DNA of 34,414 nucleotides from a virus: IMG/VR virus record IMGVR_UViG_3300045988_042009; one strand, 5' to 3'. Shown piece by piece: positions 32,741 to 34,414 of this stretch (position 1 is its first letter; each line of letters starts with the position of its first letter). The notes under the pieces were generated by a model. It saw only the letters and a program-made list of their open reading frames with translations, ran no database searches and was not told where the DNA came from. The position numbers and the translations under genes were made by a program.

Positions 32741-34022
32741 GCAGCTTTTAGCTCTTGTTACAATCGTACTTGGTTTCATGCTTCCTACTGCTGCACAAGC
32801 AGCGGTAGGAGATCAAGGTGTGGACTGGTCTGTCTATCAAGGGACAAGTGGTATCTTTGGATACGGGCATGACAAGTTTGCTATTATCCAAATTGGCGGT
32901 ATCAATGCCTATGGTATGTATGGGCAGTCAACCTACGAAACACAAGTGGCAAGTGCTATCGCACAGGGTAAACGTGCTCATACTTATGTTTGGTATGAAG
33001 TAGGTGGTAATGCTGCTTTGGGTGAACAAGTGCTCAATGCATTTCTTCCGCAGGTTCAAACACCGAAAGGGTCGATCGTAGCTCTGGATTATGAGAGCGG
33101 AGCGAGCGCTAGCAAAGAAGCAAATACAAACGCCATCTTACATGGGATGCGTATGATTAAGGCAGCGGGTTACACGCCTATGTACTACTCCTACAAGCCT
33201 TACACGCTTGATCACGTTGATTATAATCGGATTTTAGCCGAATTTCCAAATTCTTTGTGGATTGGAGCTTATCCAGATTACAATGTGACGCCATCACCAA
33301 ATTATAACTTTTTCCCATCTCTTCCGGGAATTGCTATCTTTCAATTTACGTCAACTTACATCACTGGTGGACTTGATGGTAATGTAGACTTGACAGGTAT
33401 TACAGATAATGGTTATGGTCGTAAGAATACACCTAAAACACAAACGCCAGCGATTAAAGAGGGCGAAAAAGCTGATAACACACCGAAAAGCGATATTAAA
33501 GTCGGCGACACAGTCAAGGTTAATTTCTCGGCTACCAACTGGGCGACAGGAGAAGGGATTCCTGATTGGGTCAAAGGTCGTTCTTATCAAGTGGCAGAAG
33601 TAAGCGGTGATAAGGTGTTATTGGCTGGTATTAACTCTTGGATTTATAAGAAAAATGCAGAGATTATCTCTACTACTAATAGTCAACCTGCAGAAGCTCC
33701 AACTGTTCAGCAGTCTGGCTCATACACGGTACAGTCGGGTGATACCCTTTCTGGAATTGCCGCTCAATATGGCACGACTTATCAACAGTTAGCAGCTCTG
33801 AACGGCATTAGCAATCCAAACTATATCTATGTAGGACAAGTTCTAAAACTGATGGGACAAGGACAATCAGCTCCTCAAAATGTGTCTTATCATACTGCGC
33901 AATGGGGCGATACGCTCTCTGGCATGGCGGCTCAATATGGCACAACAGTAGAAAATATCCAAGCACTAAATGGACTATCAAGCGACCTCATTTATGCAGG
34001 TGTAACTTATAGGATAAAATAA
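32718..34022 (+). CDS. Endolysin: Sec signal peptide, GH25 muramidase, SH3-like domain and 2x LysM
   Basis: 434 aa from ATG 32718, after AAGGAG. Signal-like N-terminus [32 protein letters not shown]25-type GVDWSVYQG. Two LysM repeats: [19 protein letters not shown]...VGQVLKL and [20 protein letters not shown]...AGVTYRI. Confidence 0.88.
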
Positions 34023-34031
34023 GATAAGTAG

Positions 34032-34061
34032 AGCCCTTTGGAAAATCCAGAGGGCTTTTTT
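34032..34061 (+). terminator. Intrinsic terminator after the lysis cassette
   Basis: AGCCCTTTGG-AAAAT-CCAGAGGGCT (10 bp, one G-U) followed by TTTTTT. Confidence 0.85.
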
Positions 34062-34074
34062 CGTGGCCGGAAAG

Positions 34075-34083
34075 TGGTATAAT
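34075..34083 (+). promoter_or_regulatory. Extended -10 promoter (TGgTATAAT) pointing into the attP region
   Basis: TG at 34075-34076 and TATAAT at 34078-34083. No convincing CDS lies downstream. Confidence 0.45.
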
Positions 34084-34112
34084 AGCGTAAAAGAAATCAC
34101 AGGTTAATTTTT

Positions 34113-34159
34113 ATGCCCCAAAGAATCCAGAAAGCCCTGTTGGGGCAAAACTGGGGCAT
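34113..34159. promoter_or_regulatory. Three GGGGCA-core repeats (one inverted, two direct 11 bp apart); putative integrase arm-type sites
   Basis: ATGCCCCAAA at 34113-34122 (inverted), TTGGGGCAA at 34140-34148 and CTGGGGCAT at 34151-34159. They match TTTTGGGGCAT x2 at 81-102. Confidence 0.5.
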
Positions 34160-34273
34160 AAGTCCAAAACTTACTCGGACTTATTAAATAAATTTAAATA
34201 GGTTTGCTATTTATAACTCCTTATATAAAAAGAATTTCTACTATATAAAATTAACGGAAAATATTAATATTGA

Positions 34274-34414
34274 AAAGACGCTGTTAAATAATAGCGATTT
34301 AAAAAGCCTATTGCGTCAAGCTTTCTAGCTTGTACAATAGGCTTTTTCTTGTGTTTTGGGGCATTTTTGGGGCATAAAATCAATAGTTTTCCATGATGTC
34401 AGCCACATTTGACT
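34274..34414. repeat. Terminal overlap copy B, identical to 1-141
   Basis: Direct reading; see copy A. Confidence 0.95.

Noticed and set aside
34113-34187. 24-codon ORF (MPQRIQKALLGQNWGISPKLTRTY) in the attP region
   Set aside because: It has no SD, and its sequence is dominated by the GGGGCA repeat motifs, which are better explained as protein-binding DNA sites.
1-34414. tRNA, rRNA, transposase/IS, reverse transcriptase, methyltransferase or known multi-gene defence systems (RM, CBASS, retron, and so on)
   Set aside because: Reading both strands, I found no cloverleaf-like T-loop (GGTTCGAATCC-type) sequence. No ORF carries the hallmark motifs of these families. The only nuclease- or NTPase-type genes belong to the replication and packaging modules.

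Overview
The window is a complete temperate siphovirus genome of about 34.27 kb from a low-GC Gram-positive, probably Lactobacillales-like, host. Bases 1-141 recur exactly at 34274-34414, so the contig closes into a circle of 34,273 bp.

Gene order:
- attP-like region with GGGGCA arm repeats
- Tyrosine integrase (-)
- Two-gene membrane/DUF4177-like moron (-)
- LexA-like cI repressor (-)
- Divergent near-consensus promoters with shared operators
- AT-rich cassette of small membrane proteins in alternating orientation
- Cro-like HTH
- Early and replication genes: Gp157, RuvC-like resolvase, SF2 helicase, AAA_24 ATPase, DUF669, Prim-Pol, VirE
- Iteron-rich putative origin
- Sigma-region-4-like late activator, followed by six phased TGACAGT repeats and an extended -10
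- HNH endonuclease and a GC-rich cos-like palindrome
- An atypically ordered packaging and head module: Zn-ribbon protein, portal, MuF fusion, small acidic ORF, two small ORFs, then TerL, scaffold and capsid
- Connectors, major tail protein, G/GT chaperones with an A7 slippery site, tape measure, long Dit and Tal
- Holin and a signal-peptide GH25-SH3-2xLysM endolysin

Best candidates for an undescribed system:
1. The mosaic lysogeny region at 1377-4800. It holds a translationally coupled basic 2-TM protein plus DUF4177-like pair co-transcribed with cI. It also has two micro-membrane peptides behind the consensus operator-controlled promoter, a convergent 108-aa/208-aa membrane pair, and a 51-aa ORF overlapping the cro-like gene tail to tail.
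2. The MuF head-morphogenesis protein, which carries a C-terminal Cys/His (C39/papain-like) domain and is followed by an overlapping acidic immunity-like ORF.

All family names come from motif recognition by eye; no database search was run.
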